From NCBI GenBank assembly GCA_030141605.1, contig JAQGDQ010000292.1, positions 186,001 through 250,000 on the forward strand: a stretch of DNA of 64,000 bases, written 5' to 3'. Of this stretch, positions 1 through 15,600 are shown one piece after another. Source of the DNA: Tubiluchus corallicola (taxonomy: Eukaryota; Animalia; Priapulida). Both the position numbers and the translations under genes were made by a program. The notes under the pieces are model-generated. The model searched no databases. It saw only the letters and a list, made by a program, of their open reading frames with translations, and had not been told where the DNA came from. The first letter of the stretch is position 1. Every line of letters begins with the position of its first letter.

Positions 1-498
1 CAAACTTCATATCCAACAATTTAACTTCTAGTGAACAAAAATACGTGAAATGCTACAGTATTTTCTCAAACACAGGAACTGTTACACGAACTACTGTTAA
101 GGCTTTACTGGCTTGAAGAACAACTAAAACCTTTACAAGAATCAGACTGGAACGGAAAAAGAACTACAAAACAGATGGTAAAAAATGGAGTGAGCAAGAA
201 AGAATAATAGAAAAGTACCCACAACAAAAATGGAAATTAGTCGAAACATGAAATTTTAGGTTTTGGACAATTTATTGCAAAATAATGAACAAACGTAATA
301 ATTTTTCCTTTATCATTCAACTAGATTGGGTTTGGTAGATTTGAAAAACAATCCATTAGGGTCACCGATGTTTTGAAACAAACAAAGACACTCATTTGGG
401 ATAAACTAAAATTTTCAATTACAACGTATTCAATTACAAACGAACAATTAATAATAAATATTTTAATTACATTACACAGATAATGATAAATTATTCAC

Positions 499-648
499 CT
501 AGCTTGTCCTGATTCAGTCTCTTTTTGGTTGACCCATTGCTTGTACACTTCTACTGGATTAGTGTTAATGTTGAGATTTTTGTCACCAATAATCTTTGTG
601 ACAAGAGGGTTAAGCAACTCTCTGAGCGAATTCAGGCCACGACCATTT
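499..648 (-). CDS. IQGAP1: IQGAP exon 26 (RasGAP-related domain)
   Basis: NGRGLNSLRELLNPLV...LNINTNPVEVYKQWVNQKETESGQAS. Confidence 0.95.
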
Positions 649-3600
649 CTAGTAAAGACAATGATTCAAATTACACATTTCACGTGAAATGGTAAGTAAA
701 ATTATCTATTGAACATAAAGAGTAAACAGAAAATAGGCTCAAGGAAATATTAAAGATTACATGTATGTACCTGTTGAAACCAACAACCATTCTGATCACC
801 ATAGGATTACCTGTAACAATATCACTGGGCTTTTCAACCCTCATTCTGAAAAGAACAATTTGTCTAAATAAATAAAACTGGTTAGAAATTTCAGCAAAAG
901 AATGACCCAGAAACCAAATCCAGAAACACCTTTTAAATTTACAATTATTTAACAGTTCAAAACTTGATAACATAGTTAGCACATGTTACCTAATTTCTTC
1001 TTCAAGTGCCGCTTGGAATAATTTATTCAGTAAGTATTCTTCACGTTGATTGCCGGCATAATTATACAATGTCAAAATTACAGATTCCATGAACTTTGTC
1101 GTCCGACTTTGCGGCATGGCGAATATCAGCTTGGCCAAGTAATGAGGGTTTGTTTGCAGATAGTAAAACAGATGTTGGTAAGCTTCAAGAAGTTCTCTAC
1201 TTTCCTTACTCAGACTCTTGATGCCCCTGCTGGTACTGATTGTACCTTCTTTGTTTATATCCTTGTGATTTTTTAGTTTCCTTCCATGTGCAACAACATC
1301 CTACAACATTTAAAGGTAATGCAATACAAGATATGAACGCTTATGGTCTGTTTCTTAGATTCTGATAAAGTTATTACATACTGCTGTTTGTGTGGAAAGA
1401 AAGCAGAGGAAAATTTGTTTCTCAGCTAGAACAGCACATTGTGCCATACAGTGACAAATCAGAGATTCTGCTAATTGAGCCACCAAAGTTCCATTACAAA
1501 GCAAGTCAAGTCGTTATCATTTTATGACAAACATCATTAGTTTTCACTACAATCAAACAGCAAAAACTTCTGATTCTGAATGACGTCATTACAGTCACCG
1601 TCAGAATCACACCCTAAACGTTTTGCTACAGTCCCTGCCTCTATGTACAAATTTGTAAAGAATTTAAGTGATTTAAATTCCTTAGGCATCACAAGGCGAG
1701 ATAAAACACAATTACAAACTAAAGTGTACGTGTTGGTGCTACCTATTTCGAAATTGTGCAGAAACTTGTCAACGCAGACAATCAGGTTGTGATTATAGAA
1801 CGCACTCTCTAAGGTACAAATGATTCTAGCCTACGATCATTGTGACTGTAGATGTTAGTTCTAAGATCATTGTGACTGTAGATGTTACTTCTACGATCAT
1901 TGTGACAGTAGATGTTAGTTCTATTGCCACAATCATAAAAAAGCATTCTGTGATTGTAGCAGAAACTCTGTATATTATGACGAAAATCTTTCTCAATACA
2001 GTCAACCTCGGATATAAGGGAACCTCCGGAACGGACAAAATCATCCCTTATATCCGATAGCCGAAGTTGAGTCGTGGAAACCAAGCTGTTCAAAGGCCGA
2101 ATTTTCGAAAACTTGAGGTTAGATTGATCAATTTCGCTTGAGCAACTTTTTCTTTTTCTATATTATGATTTAGTTACCCATATCATTACAGCCACAAGAC
2201 CCGACTGTAGTCCAAGGGAATACAGTCGGGCCCACACTGGGTCTCGGCATAGGCTTTTTAGGATGTAAAAAATATTTGATCATACGGTCCCTTATATGCG
2301 AGATAATTTACCTGGGTTTCTATTATGTGGGACCTGAAGATATCGTCCCTTATAACCGAAAGTCCCTTATATCCGAGTACCTTATATACAAAGATTTTTA
2401 TAAGGAAAAACGTTACGAAAAATCGGGACCGGTGTTGGTGGTCCCTTATAAGCGACTGTCCCTTATAAGAAAGCACCTTATACCCGAGGTTGACTGTATT
2501 TTCAAGCGTAGCTAAGAATATTTAACACAAAGAGAGCAAGGTTTATACACACATAGGAATGAAAAATAGCTTTTAATGTAAGTGATTTAACAAGCAATTA
2601 ATGACACTTCTTCTACCCTGAAAAGAGAGTTTATGTATAATGTGGTGCAACTGTTGCAAGAAGCTAGAGTTTCTTCTTGGAATTGAAAATATTTATTCAC
2701 CAAGAAGTTTGATCTAATTTTAAAGTACATCAATTGTTAATGCCTAACATGTTTAGTTTTTTCACACTTCATATAAATAAATTTCCAATTACTCACTTGT
2801 AAGGTAATTCTATTTTTCACAAGCAACCCAATTTTAATGTCCATCGTGTTGAGATCTTGTTCTAGCTTCTGATTGGATCTAATCACAGCCACAACTTTTT
2901 CCTTCAACTTTGTGAGCTCTACAAGTATGAACGATTCATGTAAATAACTATTCAAATTGTCCTATAACCTCAATTTATTAATATGTTTAATACCACTTTA
3001 ACACTGTAGGTACCACCCTACAACTGACTAAATTTTGGTCCCTGGCCAAGTCAAAACTTTTAAAGTATTAATAATGACTGGTACAAAAATTTTGTTGATC
3101 GATCCCACATACATATAACTAGCCTGATACCAGTGATGTGTGCAACCATAACTTACCAAGCTCCTCTGAGTAATCAGCATCACTATACTCTAAAAGATGT
3201 ACAAACTTCCTCACTACATTCAGTGGTGGATTCGGACTATGAACTGAAAAAAAACTTACAGTTATTCCCATTTTTAAAATATAAACTTGCAAGTAAAATG
3301 ATAAACTTAATTTTTTGCTCATGTTACAGTCTATAAGATGAGCAAACTTACCAAAAAGCCAGTAGTCATTGCGGGCAAGGTTGGAACGCCACCAAGCCTG
3401 CAGCAAGATGGCAGCACCCTCCTGTATAAATAAACAAAAAGTAAATAATTATACTAAACAAAGTAAGTCACTTTTTTTTAATTTGGTGGTGTCACTTATA
3501 AATCAAATGCCAGAAAAAGTGATTAAATGACTAAATTTTTACATGCCATTCCAAAGCTTTTATGGTCTTTTAATGTTTATTTAAATAGCGTTTAGTTAAT

Positions 3601-6600
3601 TTATCCAAAAAACAATAGTTAACTAACATGGTCAAAATGTGAGAAGTGCAATAATTAAAACTTACATGATCTTTAAAATATGCCAGTTTGTCCTGATATC
3701 CTTTTTTAGCAAGCCACATGCGTACAATAGCTTGGATCTAAAAAAATAATGAATACTCATGTAGTTGTATAACACTGCAAGTCCATATCAGCTTGTCTCA
3801 TCATTTAATTTTACAAACTAAATGACATATTAATTATTTTGGCACACAGAGAATTTTACATACTGTATGATGTGCTTGAAACACAAATCTTATTCACCTT
3901 AACAACTTCATATGGGTGACTATGTAATTGTTCCAGTCTTTCTTGATACTTTTTTCTTTGTGTATAACTTTTCCACTGTGCCTGAATCCTGACTATCGCT
4001 GGTAACTGACGTTTCATAAAATCGTACCTCTCTCTGTACCGAGCACGGGCCTGATGGCCTCTAACCTATAAAAATTAATATATTAGGTAAAAGTACTTGC
4101 ATGATTTTAAGTCTGTTTTTAATCTCAGTCCTCAGTTTGTTTTACTGACTTGCAAATAGCACAAAGATTAAAATAAACTACATTTCCGTTATTTCTTATC
4201 AACAATTTCTTGATTTAGTTTTTGTGAAAGCAGTGAAAGATTAGTCTTGCTTGATTAGATGGATGTCTTTTTTTCCAAACATCTTACTAAAATACAACAA
4301 ACTCTTGTCTCAAATACATCTTATTTTACGAACTTTTCATCAAACAATAAAGTCAACGTTACATTAATACGTTTTTAGTAAAAATGCTTCTATTACTACA
4401 CTCTCAGCAGTTTGCAATTACACTCAGCAACTTAAAGGACAAGAAAAGGGGCACCTGAAGTAGGTTTCAGAAAAACCGCCTTAAAAAATTATACTACTTT
4501 ACAGCAATTTTATGCGCATATCGTATTCACGCTGAAAGGAATTTTCGTTTGTTTTCATTTTAAATCTCCTGCAATACTGTTCCGATGGTGCCATTACATG
4601 ACGTCACTACGCCACGTATATCAGCAGAGGAAAAAGAAATGTTAAATTATGACCCAAAAAACTTTCAGAGCAAATCTATATTACTTAGCATTTCACTTAC
4701 CTTCTGGAAAGACTTATGTAACTAGACTAATATTTTAAATGTTTGTACTAATTGGTAAAATGTTGCTGCCTCACCCTCCAGGGTGCGCCACTCACTAGCC
4801 AAAAACGTATTTTTAATCTTATTGACAAGATACAGTAACTTAAAATTTATTTTTTCAAACCTTACTTAGTGTTATCAAAACTTGTTTCAAACGACCTACC
4901 ATTAAAAGGCTGCGCCTAACAGTCATCACGGGAGTTTAAATTTACACGTTTTACACAGAGTTATGGCCGATGGAAGCCCTGTATACGAAAAGGTAGTTAG
5001 TGGTAAAATTTTGAGACGAATTTTTTAAGCTATGTTTGGCACAACAAAAGTAGTTCAATTAACCTGCGCTTGTATTTTAACAATGTAGGGCTCATTTGAC
5101 TTGTAGAACAGCTCTCTATCATGTGCTGCAGTAACATCAGATATGATATCTTGAATTTCATCTTTTGTCAAATGGTGGGTGCTTGCATCAAAATCATCTG
5201 GGACTTTCCATTGCCACAGCCCTGTTTCTACATCTAGATAAAATGGATGGCCTTCCTTTGTTTTCATCATCAGCCAGGAGTTTTCAGTACTTGCAGCATC
5301 ATTACCTGGTAAAAATAAGTTTTTATTAACAAACAAAAATGGTATATTTTTAACCATTAAATTAGAGAGATAAAATGGTACATCCTTAACCATTAAATTA
5401 GACAGATAAAATAGCACATTCTTAACCATTAAATTAGAAAGATAAAAATGATTACAAGTTCCTAACTGGAAAGATTATATTTACCGTCGCTTCCGTGTTT
5501 CTCCTGCTTAGCAGTCTTAAGTCTTTGCAGGTAAGTTGGCACACAGTCTGACACCACACTATGTAAGTTTGAGCCAGACTGCTGCATGGCTTCAAGCATC
5601 TCTTTTTCATCTTCTCTATCAACTGCTTTATTGATAACACTGATAGCTGAGCATACTAAAAATAAAAGTAAACTTATAATGGGACAAGTTTTCTAATGAA
5701 ACCTGTGCACAATGCAGCAGAGATTTGATTTTAAATTCATTTCATTTGTTAGTCTAAGATATCTGATATCTAAACTGTCCACTAATATTACAATGAGCAA
5801 CATTTCAGAAACTAAAATAATGGCTAATGGCCATTTACCAGGCTATGTCTGTTTAACTTTAAACAAAAAAGGTGCTAAAGCTTAGTAACTGGTATTATCA
5901 TACTTACATTTCTCAATGTCAGTAGCTTGTCTGTTAGCTGACAAAATTATTTCCTGTATTTCTTCCAGCCATAATTCATGTAATCCTTCATCATCAATTC
6001 CCTAACAAAACACATTTGTATTACAGCCTTTTTGCAACAGTCAGTCATAAATAAAGAAGTGACGAGATCAGTCGTCATCAAAATACTACGCCTATGATTT
6101 GTAACTCTTGTCAGGGAAGCAGTAGCGATTTTACCTATATTTTGGAAGCAATTTTGAGCGATCATACCATCACTGAAAACAGTGAAACCGATGAAGTATT
6201 GAACATTGTACTATGGTAAATTTTTCATTATCAGTTATCCTAACAAGCTTAATATGGCATATGAAATAATATTTCTATTGATTAATAGCAAAATTTCTAG
6301 TGATATATCTATACGACTAGAGCAGGTCTATGAGAAATTTGGTAAATTGAAGTGACTAAGTCAACGTAAGCCCTTGAAAATGATGTAATATGCACTTTAT
6401 TTGAGAAACTATCAAGATTCCTGATCCTGCTAAGGTCACTTATCCAACTGCTCCCAAAAGCTGCCAATGCTTAATTTTTGCTAATTGATCTCTCAATGGT
6501 GAAAAGTGTCACAAAATTAAATTTAAAAATCATTGATTACTTACTTCTGTTTTGGCATGTTTAGCAGCACGTAAAAGTCTGGTATAATGATTAGCATTGT

Positions 6601-9600
6601 CAGCATCAACTTCACGTAATGCAGCAGCAGGAAGCTGAAGTGCAGCTAACACAACATTTTGATCACCAGAATCTATGGCTTCATTTATGTGATGAATAGC
6701 TGCAACACCTAAATGAAGACAAAAATTGGTTTCAGAAACATGATAATTAAAATAAAGACAAAATAATAACTGTGCCCCAAAAATGATTAAACTGACATTG
6801 AATGACGCATTTAGTGAAAATGAAACATCATTTAGATTGGTCACAAAACTCTTGTCATCAGCATTAGAATGTGAGTGAAGCACATGCAGAAATAAGTACA
6901 GCATTGAAAACAACAAGAAAACCATAGAAAACAATAAGTGCAACACAGAAAGTGATAAAAACAGCATAGAAAGTACAGTAGTACCTCTGTTTTCGACCAT
7001 AATTCGTTCCTAAAGTGTTTGAAACCGAATCATTTATTCTCATAAAAAATAATGTAAAAGCAAATAATCCGTTCTCAAGCACCAAATGAACTGTAAAGTA
7101 TTACTAAAACGAAATATAATAATGCAAAAATGTTTATTCAAACAGTAGATATGATATAATTGATAAGAAAATCATAACAGAATTACTTTGAAAGAAAAAC
7201 ATAATTGTTCCCGCATGAAAAAGCGGAGAAAAATAAGCTTTGAAAGTGCTTAGCGATGTTATGCAATTCAAATATTGTGCATCGGGCACGGTCGATTATG
7301 CTCGGCTCTACTCGGCTCGCCACACATGTGCATCACGTGTTTGGCGGATGGTCGGGTAACGAAATTCTGGTCGAGAGCGGAGATAATTTCAGCTTGAATT
7401 TTCTGGTTGAAAACCGATTTGTACGAGTACGGAGACGTTCGACAATGGACGCATGACTGTAATATGAACAGCACAGAAGGCAAAAAGTACAGCACGGAAA
7501 GCAATAAGTATGGGACAAAAAGCGATAAATACAGCACTAAAAAGCAATAAGTACAGCATAGAAAGCATCACTTACGTGCAAGCTCTTCCTTAACTTGCTT
7601 GTTAACTTCTTGTATAAGATCCTGAATCTCAAAATGAGTTAGTAAATCACACTGAAATATATAAGGGTTTGTAATAGCAAAGGAAATCTTAAACCTAGTC
7701 ATCATGACAGAAATGCAATTTTTGCAGTCACAACAAAATCCTCATGTTTGCACTAAATAAAAAAGAACAAAGGCTACAGTAACACTGTCAATACATTTAC
7801 ATGTAACTTTAAAAGCAATACTGTCTTTTCATATAGTCAATAGCCCGAGAAATATTTCACCAACTAAGTGACAAAATGAAATCAAATTTTAGCTACTTTC
7901 CCAAACACCAAATAAATAAGTTAATTAAATAGCAATAACACAATATTAGATGGTGAGTGGGTGATTAGCATCTGGAAATTAAATAATAACATGTAAACCT
8001 AATGAGTAATTTGAAAAAAGGAGACAAAAGGGGGTAAATCAGCTTTATCCTATCTGTTAATCGTAACCTATGTGACAGTGACTGATTATGTTCTAAGAGA
8101 GACAGAATTCGCACCAAATCGCTCAGCTGAGCCGGAAAGCTAGACAAAGCAAGGTGCAGCTTATGCATTAAGCCCCTGGTTCAAATACCGACTTGGGTAA
8201 CAATTTTTTACCTCCTTTCTTTAAGAAATTAGCTGACACATTGTCTGTTTAATCTTAAACTTAGCTAGGTTTATTGTTAAAGCAGATAGTCGCCTACCGA
8301 ACTATTCTTCTTACGACCTTTGGCGTATAGCATTTTATCTAGGTATTTTGACATGTTTTCCTCCTCGAGTTCAACCATGTGAGCACTTTTATCTGACAAA
8401 GCTTCAAACAGTGTTTCTGCACTACAGTTATCGATAGCAATATTGATCTTCGCAACAACTGATAACACTATAAAACAGATAATCATGAATACAACCATAT
8501 AAAACATGTCAGCAAATAAATGTGTCTAATTGATTAGCTACATTACACGGTCAAAAATTCGGCAAAATAATTTAAGGCTTGCAATTAAATTTTACACTTC
8601 ATATTTCAATGAAATAAGTCCAAAGAGCACAGATCCAATTTTAACTACAAGTCACTCAATCTACAAGTCGTTTCTGTCACAATAATGTTTGTTAACTTGT
8701 TAATGTGACAGAAGTCAGTATCACATTTTTTTATTTTTATGTATTTATCTATAATGGCAAAGACCTGTTTAATAAAGGTCTGCAAGATTGTTAATTTTTT
8801 TAAGCTCGACAAGAGACAATAAGGGAAGTTGTACTTCAAAATATATATCAATATAACGAACAGTAACAAGATTAGTAATTAAACCTGTTAGCATGATGTT
8901 TTATATAAAATTCAGTCAAGTAAAAAAACTTTTGGAAACTAAGAACTTTTGCTGTGACCATTTCTTGTTCCTCGACCATTATCTTATCCATTGTGACGAG
9001 AACAGAACTGCGACTTCTTGCGAGGCAAGAGATGAGATTGAGTTCTTGCAAACATCTAATGCTTAACACTAAAATTTGCTCAACTGCCAAGAAACAGCAT
9101 TTCCTTTTATTTTTCCGTTTCACCATTTCAACTTGCACACTTACAACACATGTTCACATTGAAGATAACTAAGGAACCTTTCAACCAACAAAACTAAGTT
9201 AATTCCCTGCCAACAGTCTCTCAGCACCTTACAGAAACAAAATATGAAACATGTAACAAAAATTTTTATAATATTTACCTTTTACGCCACCAGCTATTTC
9301 ATCAAAATCTAGATCATCCTGCTTGTCGGCACGTATAGTTTTAAATTCACTGTGATACAACTTTTCTCCTTCATCAACAATAGGTGGAAGCAAAAGGGAA
9401 GCATCTTTCAAAGCCTGAAGTGTTATAGCAGAATCATCCCCTGCAAGGGCACTGTTGATAGCTTCAACAGCAGTAAGTCCTAAAACGGAAAAATAAATTG
9501 ACAGACAAGCAAGAATATGCAAAAAATTACACTCGAGTAATAAAATACATTTTATTTGGCCATTTTATCTGAAAAAGCGAATAGTTAAATCTCAATTCAT

Positions 9601-12600
9601 ACAGCAAGGGAGCTTAACTTTGCCAATTTTTGGTAACAATTTGTTTTAATAATGGTGAAATTTTGACAGAATTTCTGCATTTAACATTGAACTCCTTACT
9701 GTAATGAGAATGTCTGAATTCTCTTAAAGCTTTAGCAAGTCTTTAGTGTACGTGGGTGCCAGAAACATTATTTACAGAGTATGTATTGTTCTACTGATAT
9801 ATGCACACACACCAGCATCAACACAATACGTACACATAGTCAGACACTGATACACACACACATACATAGCAGCCCCAATTTATTGCTGCAACAATGAACA
9901 GTAAACCTGTAGAATGAAGATAAACACTGTGTGCTCTGAACATCCACATGTTGAACAAGGAGATGCAATCATCACTCAAAATTTCATTTGCCCTTACTCA
10001 ATTGAAAGAACCAGCATATGCAGCTAAGCAAAGACTGAGAAAAATCTACGTCTAACATTGGAAACTTACATTAAAAAAGTAAACATTACTACAAGAAACG
10101 TTTACAAAATATGTTTCAAATAATCTGTAAATCTATGCATACTCACTGCTTTACCATAGGTGGTTTTAATGTTTTGCATGTATAAATAAAAGTAACGAAA
10201 TTCATAAAATGTTTGTTTTAGACAAGCAAACTATTACTGATTTGTTAAAAAGATGATAATAGGCAACATCCGTAATCCCATACACTTACAGTTTTCCAAT
10301 GGAAGCATTTAATGACAATTCTTTTAAAAATCCATATTGTTGAATTGCACTAAAAAAACGAGGACTTTCTGTACATAAACTACATAAACACTTGACATAC
10401 TTTGTTTGAAAACAGAAGCTGCTGTATTTGCATCGGAAACTGCAGCTTGGATATCGTCTCTTTCTAAATTTTTGCTATCCTCATTGTTGTTATTCTAAAA
10501 AAACAATTTACTTATAATTAAAAAAGAAAGGTCAAACCAACTGACTCGCCATTTCAAATATTAGACCTACAATTAGTGATTAGCTACAAGACAACAAAGG
10601 TAATGTAATCAGCAACAGTACTATAACATAAATAAAAATGCCATAAACAACATGCCCACAATCAAAGAGATAATTCTTAAAACTTGAGGTTTCAACATAC
10701 ATTTTTGAAATCACGAATTTTTAGCAAACACTCCATGTACCAGCTAGCATTGTCTTGGCAAATACCCTGCATACCAAGATGGCGACTTTGCAATGCTAAG
10801 ACAAGAGCCTCTTCATCATGACTGTCCAATGCAGCATTAAGTTCAACGATTGCCTCTTCAACTAAAAAAGAAAATTATATGGTGGTAAAATGTGACAATA
10901 AGCCAAACCTCGGCAGAAATTTCTCATAAAAGATTGATTGAGAAGAGATAACATTTCTATCATTTCTATAAAACTAGAAAATTCACATTAGAGTTTTGTT
11001 AAATTGTACTTTTCATGATATATCAACAGACCATCTGATTTACGCAGCATAAACTCTATTCTACTACAGTGTATTTACAAATAGACTGGCTTCTGGATGA
11101 GATGCTAACAGAACATTATTCAAGTTTTCCAAATAGCAAAACTTAGTTTTTAAAAGTTTGAAGACTACTCATAAGAATGAGATATATAAAAATAACATAT
11201 GACAGCAGTTTATAGAGATGAAGGAAAAAGGTACCATAATACCTTCAAAATATAAGGATATTAGCTGTGCAAGTAGTAACCCAAAGAAATATGTACTGGA
11301 TGCGAATCTACTCTAGGGCAACTTTATCTTTTAAATGTTTTGAATTAATCACAAATCAGCATCCATACCTTAAGTTTGCTTTACTAACAAATCAAACTTG
11401 CAAGAACCTAGGTTCACAAAAATAATAAAATGTCTCAGTAACAATATTATGAGCACAGCCTGAAACTTCACATTTTCTTACCATTAGTTTTATTCAGGAA
11501 GCCTTGTATCTCAGCCTGCGTTAAAAGTTCGTCATACACATCAGGTTCGTAAGTTGTATCTGGATCCATTGACTAAAACAAACAAGCAACAAAAAACCCA
11601 TTTTTAACCTTAAGACATATGTATTATGTAGTCTAAGTCAATTACATTAATTAATTTTATATTAATTATACCATTAAAGTTAGATTTAATTCTTATCTGT
11701 TGCTTTACTGCTGCCTTTGGCTATTTTAAAAAGAGATCCAACTTCAGTGCATTTTGCTAAATATATTAATATCATCACACAATAAACTTACAAAAAAAGG
11801 TTTTGCTTAAATGTAAAAAGATTCAAGATATTACTATTAGACAGATTGTGAAGACTTGAGATGTGCACTATGTATGCAAATTTTTACTATTTTTTACATT
11901 CAAAAACTGCTAAAAGGAAAATAAATAATTACACACTATTTTTCATTGCAATTATCAGGCTAATTTTTCACATCTTAAGATAGCTAAGAATGAGCAGATT
12001 TGGGTATTAATACTCACTACTAGATATCACTGAAAAATGCATTATAATTGTGACTACTTGAGGTGCATTACCGAATTCAGCTATATTACAAAACACAGTC
12101 ACAGTTTCTAGTGTCCTGACAATTTCTACATACCCTATTAAGGGCATCCTGCACTTTTTTTTTCTTTGCCGCATACAAAATCTTTTGATAACTGTTGGCA
12201 TAATTTTCAACTAAATTGTTTAGATAAGCTGCAGGATTCTGCAGAGCTTCCAAAGTAACTTTCGCATCCTGTTTTTCTATTGCTTCGTTAATTGCAATTA
12301 CAGCAGCGTGCACTGCAAACAGAAAATAAACACTGCTTAATAAACGGTAATTATTAGTATGTTACACAAAAATACACATTATGCATATTACTTTTAAAGT
12401 TCCATAGCGATAATCTTCATAATAAAAAAGAACAGCCCATCATTGTAAATCGACTTATTTTTTCGGTCAATTTAAAAAGAACAAGTTAATATATACTATT
12501 TATTAGTAAATTATTGCTAATTATATATTTACTCATTTAAGCATACAGCTAGCTAGTCATGTGAGCAGACAAAGACATTTTTACAGATAAGTTTCGCACC

Positions 12601-15600
12601 AATGTATGAAATACGTGCAAAACAATTTCTACAAATCAAATGAGCTGTAGGAGTAGGTAGAACAAAATCAAGTGCAAAATCACTTATAAATTATAATGCT
12701 ATTTTTGTAGTTGCACTTATAAATAGACAAATTATTATTCTTTCAGGACATAGTTAAAGTGTTTGCCCTTTTGAAGCAAAATTCAAAAAGCACAGAACTA
12801 TAAAATTCTTAACACAATAAAAAATCTTACTTCCCATTTTGGTTAAAAAAAAGTTGATTCTACAGACTGGTGTGACTGTCAACAATACTTACGAGCAGCT
12901 TCGTCTACTGACATCTCATTAGCAAGAATGCCTCCAATTTTGCTAAAAACAGGCATTTGAATTCCATACTTCTCCAGGGCTTTTCTCATGTTGTTTATTT
13001 CCTCTTCTGAAATACCAAGTAAAATTAAAAAAAATTGGCCCCTGAATATATGACATATTATTTGGTCATGTTCAAAAGTGCACATAAGATATTGAACATA
13101 ATTTATTGACAGAAAAAAATTAAAATATTTGCTGACTTGTTGAGTACGACACAAGCTCTGAGGGCTAATAAAATTTCGTAGCACACACACGACTACAATA
13201 TGAATGTTTTTATTACATGACTATTTTCTTGTATCTCATTTATTAATTGACACGGGTGAAAAAATTAATCTGTTGAGAGACACGATATAACAACTTTCAG
13301 TGCCAATAACGTGTGACTTGAATGTAAAGAAATGCACATTATGTAGGTAATAATTTAACAAGAGTTAAATTTGCTAAGCTGCATGAAATTTAAAAACATT
13401 GGCAATTCAGCACAAGGGGTTAGAAATGTGAAAAACTTCGACATGTGATAAACTCTAATACCACAACAAAATACGTTACGTTATTCTAGCAACAGCAAAC
13501 AACAATATGCTTGAATATCAACTTAACCAGCCTAATACGTTAAAGTTATGAAAAGCAAGATTTGTTAGTACAGCCCACACTTTTAGCAGCCACACTACCA
13601 TCCACTGAAGCCAGTATATACAGTTTTGTTAAAAATGCTGTAATAAGCAATATACTCCACTGCACTCCATAACATACTTCAATGTGTTAACTGAAGAACC
13701 ATTGTCGGTGTAGACTTCAAATGATATATTTTCTGCTCTCAAAAGTATAAACTTCATTGCAAGCACGGCAGAACAAGCCAGACTGATATGACAGTCAATA
13801 TGTCACAAATTCTCAAAAAGCACAGTACAACATCCAGTCGTTAACCCATTTACCAAGTCTTTGTGTTTTGCTTGATCAATAAGCACATCTCGTTCTTCAC
13901 TGCCACACAGTGTCAGAAAGGTTCTTCTCTGCTTCTATTAATTGTCTAACATTCAAGATCAGCACACAGAGAGCAAGGTGTATGTCACAAGGCTCACGAG
14001 TAAGTAATTTTTATTATTAAATGATTCACTTCCAGGCCGGGGGTGATTACACTTAGCAAGGTACTTCTAGACTCTGGTCACACTGATCACTGGGTAATGG
14101 GGAAATTGTTTCACCTTCGGGATCAGCACACAGGAAGTTCACATGATCGTTGCGGTCACTGCTCCAGTATCAAATACTTCATATTTAGATACTTCTCATG
14201 GTACATCTGGTGATTGTGGTCACTGACCATGCTGAGGGAGCTCTTCTACTTAATTGCTTCGATTTCACGAACAGCATATAGTGCAAATTCTTCTGGCCGC
14301 TGATCTAGGTATTTTTTCTTAACCAGTTCATCTCAAATTGGTCAATACTTGAAAACCAGGCATATATTCTCCTGGTGTAAAGGTACTAGCACTAAATCTG
14401 CTAGGCAATTCATTACAAGCCACGTGAAAATCTGTTGGTCAAAGAGCTGTCATGCTTATCGGCATTAAATTGTGGAGAAGCATAAGACAAGCCTTCATGG
14501 GGGATCTTTGATCTAAAAGGCAACACTAATACATTCAGAATAATTTGGACTAGGGCTCCTGTTAAAGTACGTAAGCCAATTAAATCTTAACTAAACTTAA
14601 AATAGAAAGTTATGCTGAAGTAGGAGTGTGTATACGTATGAAACATAAAGAAAATTCCCGAATGACAAAGCGAAAAAAGTAAACTACATGTAAGCTATAC
14701 AAGACACAAAGACTGCTTAAACCATGAAAAACATGAAACTAACCAAACTAAAACTTGTTAGAATTGGACACCAAAACAGTTGCAAGTGTGTGATGAATTT
14801 AATGTAAACCTTTGCAGAAATGCTGTAGAAACACCCGAATCTAACATCTATTTGAAAAGCAACTGAATATGTAACTTTCATATTTTACCAGACAAGCTGC
14901 AAAGAGATTGGCAGATGGCAGAACTCAAAACGACAGTGAATATCCGGGTATCACAGTTTACTTGAAAAGCATGACACCATGAATGAAAATGCCATAAAAT
15001 TTTAAGTGCAAACATTTTAAACATTTGCAGTTGTATTGCTACATAAAATAGATTCCACTTCTACTTGTAATGCAATAGAACATATTGAAAAAGCAGCAGC
15101 ACAGACACTGGCCACAACAATTTTTTTTTACATTCTAACAACTAACAATTATCCGAGAAATCTCCAAAGAGAGTAGAGCAGAAATAAAACAATATAGAAC
15201 AACGAAACTATCCGTTTACCATCTTGTAGACACTAGACAAACTTAAAACAAATAGAAAGAAACTTACGCAAAGTAAAAATGCGAAAAAAGAGCCAAGTAT
15301 TATGCAGATGCTGCAGTAACAAAACAAAATTTCCTTTTCGTACTTAGCAACTTCATCAGAAATACTGCCTCTATGCTCACTGTTAAATGTTGACTGGGCT
15401 TGATTATAACCATCTGAATGCAAATTTCTTAATGGTGTGCTTGTTAATATCTCTGAGGATTGAAACACCTCATTTGAAATACCGGACAAGGTATCATGTC
15501 TGGTTGTTTCATTAGAAATTCCCAAAGTGTGCACTTCTGCTGCGGCTTTGTTTGACTTGGGCTCTTGCAGTTCTTTATGAACTTCGCTTTTATAACGACC

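Noticed and set aside
1809-2515. Short ORFs with repeated peptides (TVDVSS, YKG, IRD)
   Set aside because: They are translations of the 30-bp minisatellite and MITE internal repeats.
4432-4920. Possible TTAA-bounded transposon in an IQGAP intron
   Set aside because: It looks repeat-like, but I could not pair convincing TIRs.
8115-8200. tRNA gene
   Set aside because: Only A/B-box-like motifs are present, with no acceptor stem or cloverleaf, so I treated it as a SINE-like relic. The same applies to similar motifs near 43250 and 58330.
14030-14560. Coding-looking sequence after an acceptor-like TTTAACAG downstream of the giant ORF
   Set aside because: All three minus frames hit stops within ~50 codons; it may be 3' UTR or decayed sequence.
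15208-15240. KASH domain at the C-terminus
   Set aside because: The tail after the hydrophobic segment is only KMVNG, with no ~30-aa luminal peptide or PPPX end.
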